This document shows, piece by piece, positions 36,600 through 45,029 of a stretch of 64,000 nt of DNA. The DNA comes from Candidatus Micrarchaeota archaeon. GTDB taxonomy: Archaea > Micrarchaeota > Micrarchaeia > Micrarchaeales > CABMGC01. The notes below the pieces were generated by a model, which saw nothing but the letters and a program-made list of their open reading frames with translations, had not been told where the DNA came from and made no database searches. Where the stretch lies: the NCBI GenBank assembly GCA_021827925.1, contig JAKATZ010000024.1:4726-68725 (forward strand), in the 5' to 3' direction. A program made the position numbers and the translations under genes. Numbering within the stretch: position 1 is the stretch's first letter; each line of letters starts with the position of its first letter.

Positions 36600-37766
36600 T
36601 CATGCACCCCAGAAAGGACCTACGCCAATTATCGAAGACAATGAGTTGAGTCCCTTCGTGAACCCTATCGCAAATCCCACAGTCATCGCAAGATCTAACG
36701 CTATTAATACAATTCCCTCGAAGAAGTACGCGCCGACATCAGGCACGAATGAATTTATGATGTCAGGAAGATCAAAGAAACCTTTTATCAGGTTGATGTA
36801 GAATCCTGTTGTGCCGCTTTGCGCATATGAAAAGTAGTAGTTGAAGGGTACGCTGAGAGTTCCGTACCCGAATATGTTGGGAGCCTGGTTTGACGAGAAG
36901 AGGCTACTGACAGGTATGTTTGAAATCGGATATTTGCCAAGGTAAGCCGAGTAAGGATTGCATACTGTCCCTTTGTTTGTGCAGTAGAGCCAGCCAGTTA
37001 TGTAATAATTCATGGATATGGTCATGGGAAAAATGAAATATAAGGCTATGGCAAGGGCTATCACAGAATTTGCAGCCTCGCGGAGCCTGGGTCCCGAAAA
37101 GCTTATCGATCTTAGTATGACCGCAGTGGGTATCAGGGTTATTAGGGCAAATTGTTCTATTAGGGGCATGATGAAATACAGCGAGAAGAGTATACCGAAG
37201 GTAAGCATGATTATGCCAGTGAAAACTCCTGAAAACGTTGTAGCATAATCGTAGGCTATATAGACCAGCTCGCTGCCAGGCGACACGCCGAGGGAAAAGA
37301 AGGGCGTTGGTATCGAGAAGGAGGTGACTATGTTTGCAATTGCGCTGTCTAGATTTCCATCTATTATGAATGATATTCCCTCGGACCACACATTGGTTGC
37401 AAGTCCTATGCCCTTCGAGTATAGAAGATTATGCAGGTAGAGATGGGCAAACTGGTAAGGATCGAACTGCGCAGAGTTGCCAGTAAGCAGCGCTGCGGTA
37501 CTGCACATGGGAAGTGCGAAGGTTATCAATGAGACCACGAGAAGCATGCTTATCACACCCTGCACGAGCTCGTACCTGACAACTCCCCTCAGCCTTTCCC
37601 TTGTGGCTATTGGAAGGACACTCCCTACTGCATATATGAATGAAGAGATGGCCATCGTTGCTAACACTATAAGGGCTGTTGCTTCGATCCACTGTGGCCG
37701 GTATATTGCGCCGAACGTGCAGGTGGACTGGAAGAGTGAGGTTACGGCGAAGAAAAAATCCATCAT
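36600..37766 (-). CDS. Polytopic membrane protein, paralog B (most divergent motif)
   Basis: 388 aa. The motif is AVILRSISFSGPRLREAANSVIALAIALYFIFP, where GG is replaced and 2 residues are inserted. The upstream motif is RLRGVVRYELVQGVISMLLV. Confidence 0.65.
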   Translation of the reverse strand: MMDFFFAVTSLFQSTCTFGAIYRPQWIEATALIVLATMAISSFIYAVGSVLPIATRERLRGVVRYELVQGVISMLLVVSLITFALPMCSTAALLTGNSAQFDPYQFAHLYLHNLLYSKGIGLATNVWSEGISFIIDGNLDSAIANIVTSFSIPTPFFSLGVSPGSELVYIAYDYATTFSGVFTGIIMLTFGILFSLYFIMPLIEQFALITLIPTAVILRSISFSGPRLREAANSVIALAIALYFIFPMTISMNYYITGWLYCTNKGTVCNPYSAYLGKYPISNIPVSSLFSSNQAPNIFGYGTLSVPFNYYFSYAQSGTTGFYINLIKGFFDLPDIINSFVPDVGAYFFEGIVLIALDLAMTVGFAIGFTKGLNSLSSIIGVGPFWGA

Positions 37767-39173
37767 TCACACCAGCTTCAGCTTGCCGCCTATCTGCAGG
37801 CGTATCGTGCCGCCGAGCATCCTCGCGATGTTGTCTGTCATAGGGAATGCGATTATCGCGTCCAGAATGAACAGGAAGTAAGTCTGCAGCATTATGTAGA
37901 TGTTGTTTTGTATGACGAAGTTCATTGCAGGATAGGGATTGTAGATTGACTCGAATGCAATATTGTTTGTAACACCAACTATCAGAAGAGGATTTGAGGG
38001 AATCCCGGAAGGAGAGCATCCGTGCGAGGTTAGGAAGTTGAATACCTTGTTAAGGATTGTGGGAGAGTAGGTACTGCACGAATAAGCCGGAAGGTCTGTC
38101 GGCATCATGTTCGCCGCGCCAAGTACGTTTGAAAAATAATTGGATACAGGGGTGTTGAGAATGATTAGCAAGGAAGGCCAGATGATACTAATGCCTATCC
38201 CAAAAGCTATAAGTGTGCCGCCTATGCCCCTTATGAATGGGAATGCGCGCATAATCAAGCCCATAGGTATGAGAACAAGCAGGCCGATGCGTATCAGAAG
38301 AGGCAGGAGTACTATCTGGCCTATGAATACGGCCATCGCTGGCGTTTCGAGAAAAACCAATGCATCATTAAACACGGATACAAGCTGTACGTGATATATG
38401 AAATCGGATTGAAGGAAGAAATTCCCGAATATGATGAAGGATACCATTGACCTGAAGACTGGTATGAAATCAAGGGCCGCTGGAAGCGGAACAGGAGGTA
38501 CAGGAATCCCAGGAAAGACAAATGAAAGACCGGAATACACCCCGTTTCCAGCAAGTCCGTTGTTTTTCGTGCCGCTGAAAAGGGAACCTATGCTTGTAAG
38601 CTGGCTTGTGAAACCGCCGCCTCCGCCCAGCCCTCCTTTGAATAACCCGAATGAGAGGAAAAGGGAGATCATGTGCTTTATTCCGTACTCTATCTCACCC
38701 TCGGTGTTGCAAAGATATACCTCTGAGCCGTAAGTAAGCAGATCTGCATTGGCTATATAGGTAGGGGTTCCTGCGCGCAGGGAAGCGCGACCTGAAGCGG
38801 GTATGTTATTGCCAGCAGTTATCACGGCTATGTTGCCTATCAACGTGACTACTGAGAATATAGCTGCTACGAGCATCACAGACTTTGCGAACTCCCAGTA
38901 CTCATTGCCCAACCAACCGGAGATGCCCGCCGAGGGAAATAGCTTGCTCAGTATGTACCCTATGACTATCACATCGAAGGATATGAAAAGTGCGATTATG
39001 GATATGCCTATTGAAATCGCAGGGATCTTGAAGCCCAAGCCTATGTTGTTTGCTATGTTCCCGGGCTGACACTGACTGAGGCTTGATAGCGTAACAGAAG
39101 GAGCTGCGTTTAGTGTGCAGAGCATCATGAGAGAAGCTAGCAGCAGGAGGATGCCATGCCTTAAAGAGGGCAT
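37767..39173 (-). CDS. Polytopic membrane protein, paralog A
   Basis: 468 aa with signal peptide ...MLCTLNAAPS. The family motif is GLIMRAFPFIRGIGGTLIAFGIGISIIWP. The upstream motif is GNEYWEFAKSVMLVAAI. Confidence 0.7.
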   Translation of the reverse strand: MPSLRHGILLLLASLMMLCTLNAAPSVTLSSLSQCQPGNIANNIGLGFKIPAISIGISIIALFISFDVIVIGYILSKLFPSAGISGWLGNEYWEFAKSVMLVAAIFSVVTLIGNIAVITAGNNIPASGRASLRAGTPTYIANADLLTYGSEVYLCNTEGEIEYGIKHMISLFLSFGLFKGGLGGGGGFTSQLTSIGSLFSGTKNNGLAGNGVYSGLSFVFPGIPVPPVPLPAALDFIPVFRSMVSFIIFGNFFLQSDFIYHVQLVSVFNDALVFLETPAMAVFIGQIVLLPLLIRIGLLVLIPMGLIMRAFPFIRGIGGTLIAFGIGISIIWPSLLIILNTPVSNYFSNVLGAANMMPTDLPAYSCSTYSPTILNKVFNFLTSHGCSPSGIPSNPLLIVGVTNNIAFESIYNPYPAMNFVIQNNIYIMLQTYFLFILDAIIAFPMTDNIARMLGGTIRLQIGGKLKLV

Positions 39174-39232
39174 GTATTCTTCTTGACATCAACAGCTATA
39201 AATAAGGCGCGCATTACACACTGCATGCTCTG

Positions 39233-40687
39233 CTAGGTAAGGGGTGTGCTGTGGGTGCGCATACGGTAGTGGAAGAGACGCATTCTGGTGATCCCGCCTC
39301 CTGCATTCATTTCGGCTACGGGCTCGCCTCCTTCTAGCCATATCCTTCCGGTAGGTTTCAGTATAACCTGTCCTTTGCGTGGCCCTTCTGTTTCGCGCAG
39401 TATCTTGCCTTCGGCATTCATCATTGGCGCTATGACGAATGCTCTGCGTGGATTGAAGGAAACGCCGATCCGCATCTGAGTCCCTGGAAAAAGGCCGTGC
39501 CGGAGTTCAGCATGCTCGAATTCACCAGTAGTGACTACCCTACCCAGGGAACGGCCGTAAAACTGCGTTGTACGCGAGAGCCTGATGTGCCTTAGCTCGG
39601 TAAGCCGGCGTTGCAGCTGGTCGATGTGATCACTGTGCATCGCAGCGATGCTGTCTTCGCCTGAGGAGATGGCATTATTCCATGCCATTCTTGCGGCGCT
39701 CATCTGCCTCTGAAGAAGCGCTTGCTGCCTGTTGAAATCCCTAACCTCAAGAGTGCGCTCCCATTTATCCGCTATATCGCCCCACATCCTTGCATGGTAA
39801 TTAAGCGCACGTTTTTCCGCACCTTCGAATGAGGATCTCGCCGTCTCAATGCCTCCTATTATTCTCCGCATTCTCGCAGCGTATCTTCTTCTCTGGCGCT
39901 CGGTTCGTGCATTCATGAAGCCTTGATAAGCCCTATCCCGCCTATCATATAACCTTCCAAGGTATTGCATTCTGCGTTGCTTATATACAGCAAAATGGTA
40001 TCTGAGGTCCGCCTCGGCTCGCTTGCTTTGCGAGCCCTCGAATAACGTGCTTGTCGTACTCCTGAACGCTTGACTTGTTTCCCTTCTTCTCCCCCACTCT
40101 GCCTTCGCCGCGGAGATCCTCTGGCCTTTGCGCGCACGAATGCTGCTCCTTATCGGATTGTATATCACAGCCCAGCCGGAGGCGTTTTGCCTTCTCATAC
40201 CAGGCCAATTTAGCGGATTGAATCTCGAGAACCTAGTACTTGCGCCTCCTGCAGGGCCCTGTGGAATTCCATGCGGAGAGCTTGGCGCGCCGCTTGGAAG
40301 GGCAGAGGCCGGCGCCGCGCCTGCGGCTGCAGCCGCAAGTGCAACTTCAGAGGTAGGTATTGTGCTAGGACCTGAGGGTGGGCTACCTGCACCTGTGCCT
40401 CCGCTGCCGGACTTTCTGCCGAACGTCCAGCCGCTTTTGGCTCCCACAGTCCTCCTCAGGTTGGGATCGAGTATCGTCCTGAAAGGAAATGCAGACTTGC
40501 CGGAAAGGTTGCCCTTTGAGCTGGGAGTTATGCCTGCCAGCGTCGCTATTCCGAATATCGCGAATATGTTGAAGCCGCGCGTTGCGCCTGCAGCGGCGAG
40601 TATGAGTATCGCTATTATGAACAGAGGTATGAATGCGTTAATCGAGCCTATCGAGAGCAATATGTACAGCAACGTTGCCAGCAGCAT
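39233..40687 (-). CDS. First operon gene: N-terminal TM hairpin, Gly/Pro/Ala/Ser-rich linker, Arg-rich helical domain, C-terminal beta-like domain
   Basis: 484 aa. The N-terminus is LLATLLYILLSIGSINAFIPLFIIAILILAAAGA. The low-complexity stretch is SGSGGTGAGSPPSGPSTIP...AAAAAGAAPASALPSGAPSSP. A long R/Q/A-rich helical region follows. Confidence 0.65.
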   Translation of the reverse strand: MLLATLLYILLSIGSINAFIPLFIIAILILAAAGATRGFNIFAIFGIATLAGITPSSKGNLSGKSAFPFRTILDPNLRRTVGAKSGWTFGRKSGSGGTGAGSPPSGPSTIPTSEVALAAAAAGAAPASALPSGAPSSPHGIPQGPAGGASTRFSRFNPLNWPGMRRQNASGWAVIYNPIRSSIRARKGQRISAAKAEWGRRRETSQAFRSTTSTLFEGSQSKRAEADLRYHFAVYKQRRMQYLGRLYDRRDRAYQGFMNARTERQRRRYAARMRRIIGGIETARSSFEGAEKRALNYHARMWGDIADKWERTLEVRDFNRQQALLQRQMSAARMAWNNAISSGEDSIAAMHSDHIDQLQRRLTELRHIRLSRTTQFYGRSLGRVVTTGEFEHAELRHGLFPGTQMRIGVSFNPRRAFVIAPMMNAEGKILRETEGPRKGQVILKPTGRIWLEGGEPVAEMNAGGGITRMRLFHYRMRTHSTPLT

Positions 40688-40719
40688 CGCGTTTCCCTAT
40701 TGGGAATAGCCGTTTATGA

Positions 40720-40729
40720 TTTATATAGT
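40720..40729 (-). promoter_or_regulatory. Candidate TATA box for the large minus-strand operon
   Basis: The minus strand reads ctatataaat, centred about 37 nt upstream of the ATG at 40687. That is consistent with an archaeal TATA at about -26 and a short leader. Confidence 0.3.
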
Positions 40730-40882
40730 TTGGCACGCGGAGCAGAAACCTGAGGGGGAGGTGCGCAGCGCGTGAGCCCTATACAGAAACGGATAGATTT
40801 ATAAATGAGAAGCAGCATATACTAATTACGTAGTAAGGCTTAAGCTGAAAGGCAGACGGCTGATCCTACAGAGGAAAACAAA

Positions 40883-41143
40883 ATGTCCAGAGAATTTGGA
40901 GAAGAAGAAGGAAGGGGAGATAGGAGATCGGGAATGAAGCCGAACTATTTCTTGCCGAAGCCAGTGAAAGTTGGCGACGAGGTAGAGCTCACTATAGAAG
41001 CAACAGCTTCGAAGGGAGACGGTATAGCAAAGAGGGAAGGCTACGTTATCTTTGTAAAGGATGCGAAGCCTGGCGACACCGTCAAGGTCAGGATAACCGA
41101 CGTGAGAGCCAAGTTTGCTATAGGAGAGCTTCTCAGCGCATAA
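40883..41143 (+). CDS. TRAM domain protein
   Basis: 86 aa. PVKVGDEVELTIEATASKGDGIAKREGYVIFVKDAKPGDTVKVRITDV matches the typical TRAM beta-barrel sequence pattern. Confidence 0.8.
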   Translation: MSREFGEEEGRGDRRSGMKPNYFLPKPVKVGDEVELTIEATASKGDGIAKREGYVIFVKDAKPGDTVKVRITDVRAKFAIGELLSA

Positions 41144-41303
41144 ATACAGTGCGTGAAGGGAAACACAGTAGTTATTTGAATATTCTTTTATTCTATTTCT
41201 GATTGTTTTTTAGTTGTTAGCAGAGCTTAGTTTAACCTGTAGGGAGCGAATCCGGCAGTCGCATATAAAATAGTTCTCATCCAATGGCGTAACGGTGTTG
41301 AAA

Positions 41304-41909
41304 ATGGGAAAGTACGAAGTTCCACAGCTGCCTTATAGTTACGGTGCTTTAGAGCCGTATATATCGGAACAGATAATGAAGCTGCATCATGACAAACATC
41401 ATGTGGCATACGTTAACGGCGCGAACGCTGCGCTGGAGAAGCTCGAAAAGGCAAGGAAAGGGGAGGCGCAGGTAGATATAAGGGCGGTTTTGAGGGATTA
41501 TAGCTTTAATTTCGGCGGGCACAAGTTGCACAGCCTCTTCTGGCCGAATATGGCGCCTTCTGGGAAGGGCGGCGGCGGCCCGGGCGGCAGGATTGCCGAC
41601 AAGATTAATGCGAGCTTTGGCAGCCTTGAAAAGTTCAAGGCCCAGTTCAGCGATGCTGCCAAGACGGTGGAGGGAAGCGGATGGGCACTCCTCCTTTACG
41701 ACGATGAGACGGACCAGCTTGTACTTACGCAGATAGAGAAGCAGAACTTCATGCATCTAGCAGGGTTGCCGATACTCCTAGGCCTTGATGTGTGGGAACA
41801 CGCATACTACCTGCAGTACTGGAACGACAGAGGCAAGTATGTGGATGCATGGTGGAACGTAGTGAACTGGGACGACGTGGAGAACAGGTTCGGCAAGGCA
41901 ACACAGTGA
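41304..41909 (+). CDS. sodA: Fe/Mn superoxide dismutase
   Basis: LPYSYGALEPYIS, HHDKHH and DVWEHAYYLQY are present. The track start is GTG 41295 and the first ATG is 41304. A TATA-like catataaaat lies around 41262..41271. Confidence 0.9.
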   Translation: MGKYEVPQLPYSYGALEPYISEQIMKLHHDKHHVAYVNGANAALEKLEKARKGEAQVDIRAVLRDYSFNFGGHKLHSLFWPNMAPSGKGGGGPGGRIADKINASFGSLEKFKAQFSDAAKTVEGSGWALLLYDDETDQLVLTQIEKQNFMHLAGLPILLGLDVWEHAYYLQYWNDRGKYVDAWWNVVNWDDVENRFGKATQ

Positions 41910-42043
41910 GAAGCACATGTGCAAAAAGCAGGGAGCCCAGGAACAGACTCGCCTGCCTAATGCCATGTCTTGAAAATCGCGCAGTAGTATGCAGTTAAAA
42001 AGCTTAGGCATGCTACCGGATAGGCCTATATATCAAGAATCAC

Positions 42044-43021
42044 TTGATACTGCTTGACAGTGTTGCGATGTCACTCTTAAGCAAAAATCACGCATGCGAG
42101 CCACGGCACCGGGAGATGGTACAAGCCGCGGGTGGAGATGCGGAGGAGGCGCTGAGGGGAGCTGTACGGAAAGCCGCAGGGAATGGTATTATTGGAGCGA
42201 TGAGGACTACGGCTTCGATGCTTTGCAGTAGCCTGGAAATTGCAATGAAATCAGAAGCAATCACAGTAGGGCTTGCCGCAACGCTCTTCTGGATGAGCCA
42301 GAATAACGTGTGGCAAGTGCCTGGCATATCGCCGAACTGGGGAGGCTACGTCGCAAGAACGGATCCCGCGAAACAGAAGGAGGAGATAACATCGGCCAGC
42401 GCAGCGTTTACGGTGCCGCCTGTGAAAGGAGGCGATTTCTCTCAGTGGGTTGGGATAAGCTCTACGTTAGGCACCGGGGAGATAGTGCAGGCAGGAGTTG
42501 TGGCGTTCGCATTTAACAAAGGAGTTGTGTACCTCGCATTCGCAGAAGACTTCCCCCACAGGATAGAACCGCTAGGCGCAGTGATGCCTGGAGATGAAAT
42601 ATCAGTAAATATCGCGCTTAAGGAGAACAAGTGGAATGTCACACTGTCTGATACAAACGGCAGAGGCCCCGGAAATGCTTCTTTCAAGGCTTCTTTTGAG
42701 AAGGATTCGCAGCTAAGGTATGCAGAGTGGATTGTGGAGCCGCAGACTATATGCACAGGAGGGCCGCAGACGTGCGTGATAGAAAAGCTCGGAGATTTTG
42801 GCGTAGCAAGGTTTTCGAGCGCGGGGTTCTGGATAGATGGAACCGCAGGTAAGATTGATCACGCTTCTATGCGCCCCGTGGTGCTTGCCGAACCTGTGAT
42901 CGCAGGAGATGGGAGCCTCTCCGTGTTAATGGGCCTCTCGTCATTGATTCGGAACGGGGACGGATTCGCTGTAACATACAGCAAGACCACGCTGTTTGAA
43001 CCCGAACGGCAGAAGGCATGA
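42044..43021 (+). CDS. Peptidase G1 (glutamic peptidase/eqolisin) family protein
   Basis: NWGGYVA, WVGISSTLGTGEIVQAGV (Gln context) and YAEWIVEPQT (Glu context) are present. It is a paralog of 6339..7138. The start and prepro region are uncertain. Confidence 0.65.
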   Translation: MILLDSVAMSLLSKNHACEPRHREMVQAAGGDAEEALRGAVRKAAGNGIIGAMRTTASMLCSSLEIAMKSEAITVGLAATLFWMSQNNVWQVPGISPNWGGYVARTDPAKQKEEITSASAAFTVPPVKGGDFSQWVGISSTLGTGEIVQAGVVAFAFNKGVVYLAFAEDFPHRIEPLGAVMPGDEISVNIALKENKWNVTLSDTNGRGPGNASFKASFEKDSQLRYAEWIVEPQTICTGGPQTCVIEKLGDFGVARFSSAGFWIDGTAGKIDHASMRPVVLAEPVIAGDGSLSVLMGLSSLIRNGDGFAVTYSKTTLFEPERQKA

Positions 43022-43120
43022 ATGCGACGCAGGAGATGCATGCCTGGCAGCGATGGAATTCTTGGCATCGGCTTCTACGAATGCGCTATTTGGGATTGCA
43101 GGCAGGCCTTGAAATGGAGA

Positions 43121-43729
43121 TTAGTCTTTGACAAGAGATATCCCTATCCTGGTGCCCATCCTCTGCATGAAACCCATCGAGATCAGAGCGAGCCCCATAG
43201 GCTCTATGTACCTTGAGGTCCTCAGGGGACCTACGTCTACAGGCTCAAAACCTATGTCCTTGCCTATGCCCTCTACGATGCCCTTTGCACTCTTGTCGTC
43301 GCCTGCGATAAAAAGGGTCAACTTGTGCGCCCCTATACTGCCTGAGCCCATGTTCTCTGCGAATACAGTATTGAATGCCTTGACAACCTTCGCCCCAGGG
43401 AGCATCTTCGAAAGCTCTTCTGCGGCAGAGGACGAGAAGCCTACTGCCTGTGCGCCGGATTCGTCAAGAGGATTCGATACGTCTATGACAACCTTGCCCT
43501 TGAGGTTCTCCTTTCCCGCTTTCTCGACAACTTCGCGCATTGCACGATAAGGGACTGCTGCTATAACAACGTCTGCCCATTTCGCAGCGTCGCTTAGATG
43601 CAGCACCTCTGCGCCGTTAACTTTCGATGGGATTGGATTTCTGGATCCGAACTTAACTTCGTGCTTCTTTGAAAGGCCCTTCCAGAGTGCCTTGCCCACG
43701 TTTCCCGTGCCCAGTATGGCGATTTTCAT
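43121..43729 (-). CDS. NADPH-dependent F420 reductase-like / NADP oxidoreductase (PF03807-type)
   Basis: The Rossmann motif MKIAILGTGNVGKAL sits at the internal ATG 43729, verified as cat at 43727..43729. The track start at 43783 adds 18 unlikely residues. Confidence 0.7.
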   Translation of the reverse strand: MKIAILGTGNVGKALWKGLSKKHEVKFGSRNPIPSKVNGAEVLHLSDAAKWADVVIAAVPYRAMREVVEKAGKENLKGKVVIDVSNPLDESGAQAVGFSSSAAEELSKMLPGAKVVKAFNTVFAENMGSGSIGAHKLTLFIAGDDKSAKGIVEGIGKDIGFEPVDVGPLRTSRYIEPMGLALISMGFMQRMGTRIGISLVKD

Positions 43730-43833
43730 GAAACCATCCAGGTTCATTCTCTGTGGGGGCATATTTATGCCTATGCCAGGCACGCTTGCTCTAGGGTAAA
43801 CTGGGGGTTTCTTTTAGTATACATCAGAGGAAA

Positions 43834-43909
43834 TGGTGCGAGCGCCGGGATTTGAACCCGGGTTCTTGACTTGGCAAGCCAAAGTCCTACCAGGCTAGAC
43901 TACACTCGC
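43834..43909 (-). tRNA. tRNA-Gly (anticodon GCC), CCA encoded
   Basis: The reverse complement reads GCGAGTG-TA-GTCT-AGCCTGGTA-GGAC-T-TTGGC-TTGCCAA-GTCAA-GAAC-CCGGG-TTCAAAT-CCCGG-CGCTCGC-A-CCA, a full 76-nt cloverleaf. Confidence 0.9.
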
Positions 43910-44028
43910 AAACTATCGAGTGGATATATCGCTGCAATAGTATATATTGCTTGCGCTGTCAAATTCGCGCTTTATGCTAGAGTCGTGAAGCGGCGCTTGC
44001 CTTCAAGCAGATATTCGGAAGGTCTATA

Positions 44029-44856
44029 TTGTTTATGAGCTCCGTAATTGTCATGGAATTCCTTGAGTTGGGAAAAAGCGGGGAGAAGATACCCGTTCTT
44101 GGGCAAGGGACATGGAAGCTTGGCCTAGACAGGGAGAAGGAAAAGGAAGCCCTACTTGCAGGCATCGAGAATGGCATGACGCTCATAGATACCGCAGAGA
44201 TGTACGGTACGGAGGACATAGCGGGGGAAGCGGCAAGGGGGAGGGAGGGATTGTTCATAGCCACAAAGGTATCTCCCAGCCATTTCCATTATGCGGATGT
44301 GATTAAGTCATGCAATGCAAGCCTTGAAAGGCTGGGCATTGGATGCATAGACCTGTACCAACTGCACTGGCCCAACTCGTCGGTGCGTATCAAGGAGACA
44401 ATGGAAGCGATGGAGAAGCTTGTCGAAGATGGCAAGATCAGACATATAGGCGTTAGCAACTTCTCGGTTAGAGAGATGGAGGAAGCGATGGGTGTGATGA
44501 AAAGAAACGAGATAGCATCAAATCAGATCGAGTACAGCGTAATCTCGAGGAGGGCGGAGAAGGAAGGCATAACGGATTTCTGCAGGAAGAACAGGATAAC
44601 GGTAATTGCGTACAGCCCGCTGGGCAGGGGGAGCGTGCTTAGCATGAAGGGAGATGGACTTAACGCCGCGCTTGAGGAGATAGGCGGCGCGCACGGCAAG
44701 AGCAGGGCCCAGGTGGCGCTGAATTGGCTGGTATCAAAGGGAAATACGGTAGCTATACCAAAGGCAGGGAGCATGTCCCATGCGATAGAGAATTCTGGGG
44801 GCGCGGGATGGAGAATGGAAAGGGAAGAAGAGGAGAGGATAGATGGTTTTTTATGA
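44029..44856 (+). CDS. Aldo/keto reductase
   Basis: LGQGTWKLG, IDTAEMYG, DLYQLHWP and IGVSNF are present. Confidence 0.85.
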   Translation: MFMSSVIVMEFLELGKSGEKIPVLGQGTWKLGLDREKEKEALLAGIENGMTLIDTAEMYGTEDIAGEAARGREGLFIATKVSPSHFHYADVIKSCNASLERLGIGCIDLYQLHWPNSSVRIKETMEAMEKLVEDGKIRHIGVSNFSVREMEEAMGVMKRNEIASNQIEYSVISRRAEKEGITDFCRKNRITVIAYSPLGRGSVLSMKGDGLNAALEEIGGAHGKSRAQVALNWLVSKGNTVAIPKAGSMSHAIENSGGAGWRMEREEEERIDGFL

Positions 44857-45029
44857 ATGGGGACAGCAGGGGCATGGCAAGGCTCCTGAATCCCTTCACA
44901 AAAAGGACTGCCTCATTCTGGGCGGAGCTTCTCTCAAGAAGGGAGGCGAAGCGGCAGGAGATTCTGAAGTCCGGGAAGAATTCGGAAAAGGATATATAGA
45001 TTTTGAGATGCTGATCTGTAGGGATTGCG

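Noticed and set aside
24236-40687. Type IV pilus or archaellum locus
   Set aside because: There is no class III signal peptide (short basic N-terminus followed by a hydrophobic stretch with a G/A-cleavage context), no PilB/ArlI-type ATPase within the operon, no PilC/ArlJ and no PibD. The ATPase is HerA/VirB4-class instead.
23765-43909. Hypothesis that the large operon is an integrated conjugative element or provirus, with tRNA-Gly at 43834..43909 as an attachment site
   Set aside because: I found no integrase, relaxase, replication or capsid genes. I could find no direct repeat of the tRNA 3' end by eye. Housekeeping genes (TRAM, sodA, a peptidase, an oxidoreductase) lie between the tRNA and the operon, and composition resembles the flanks. 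Only a proper repeat or att search can exclude it fully.
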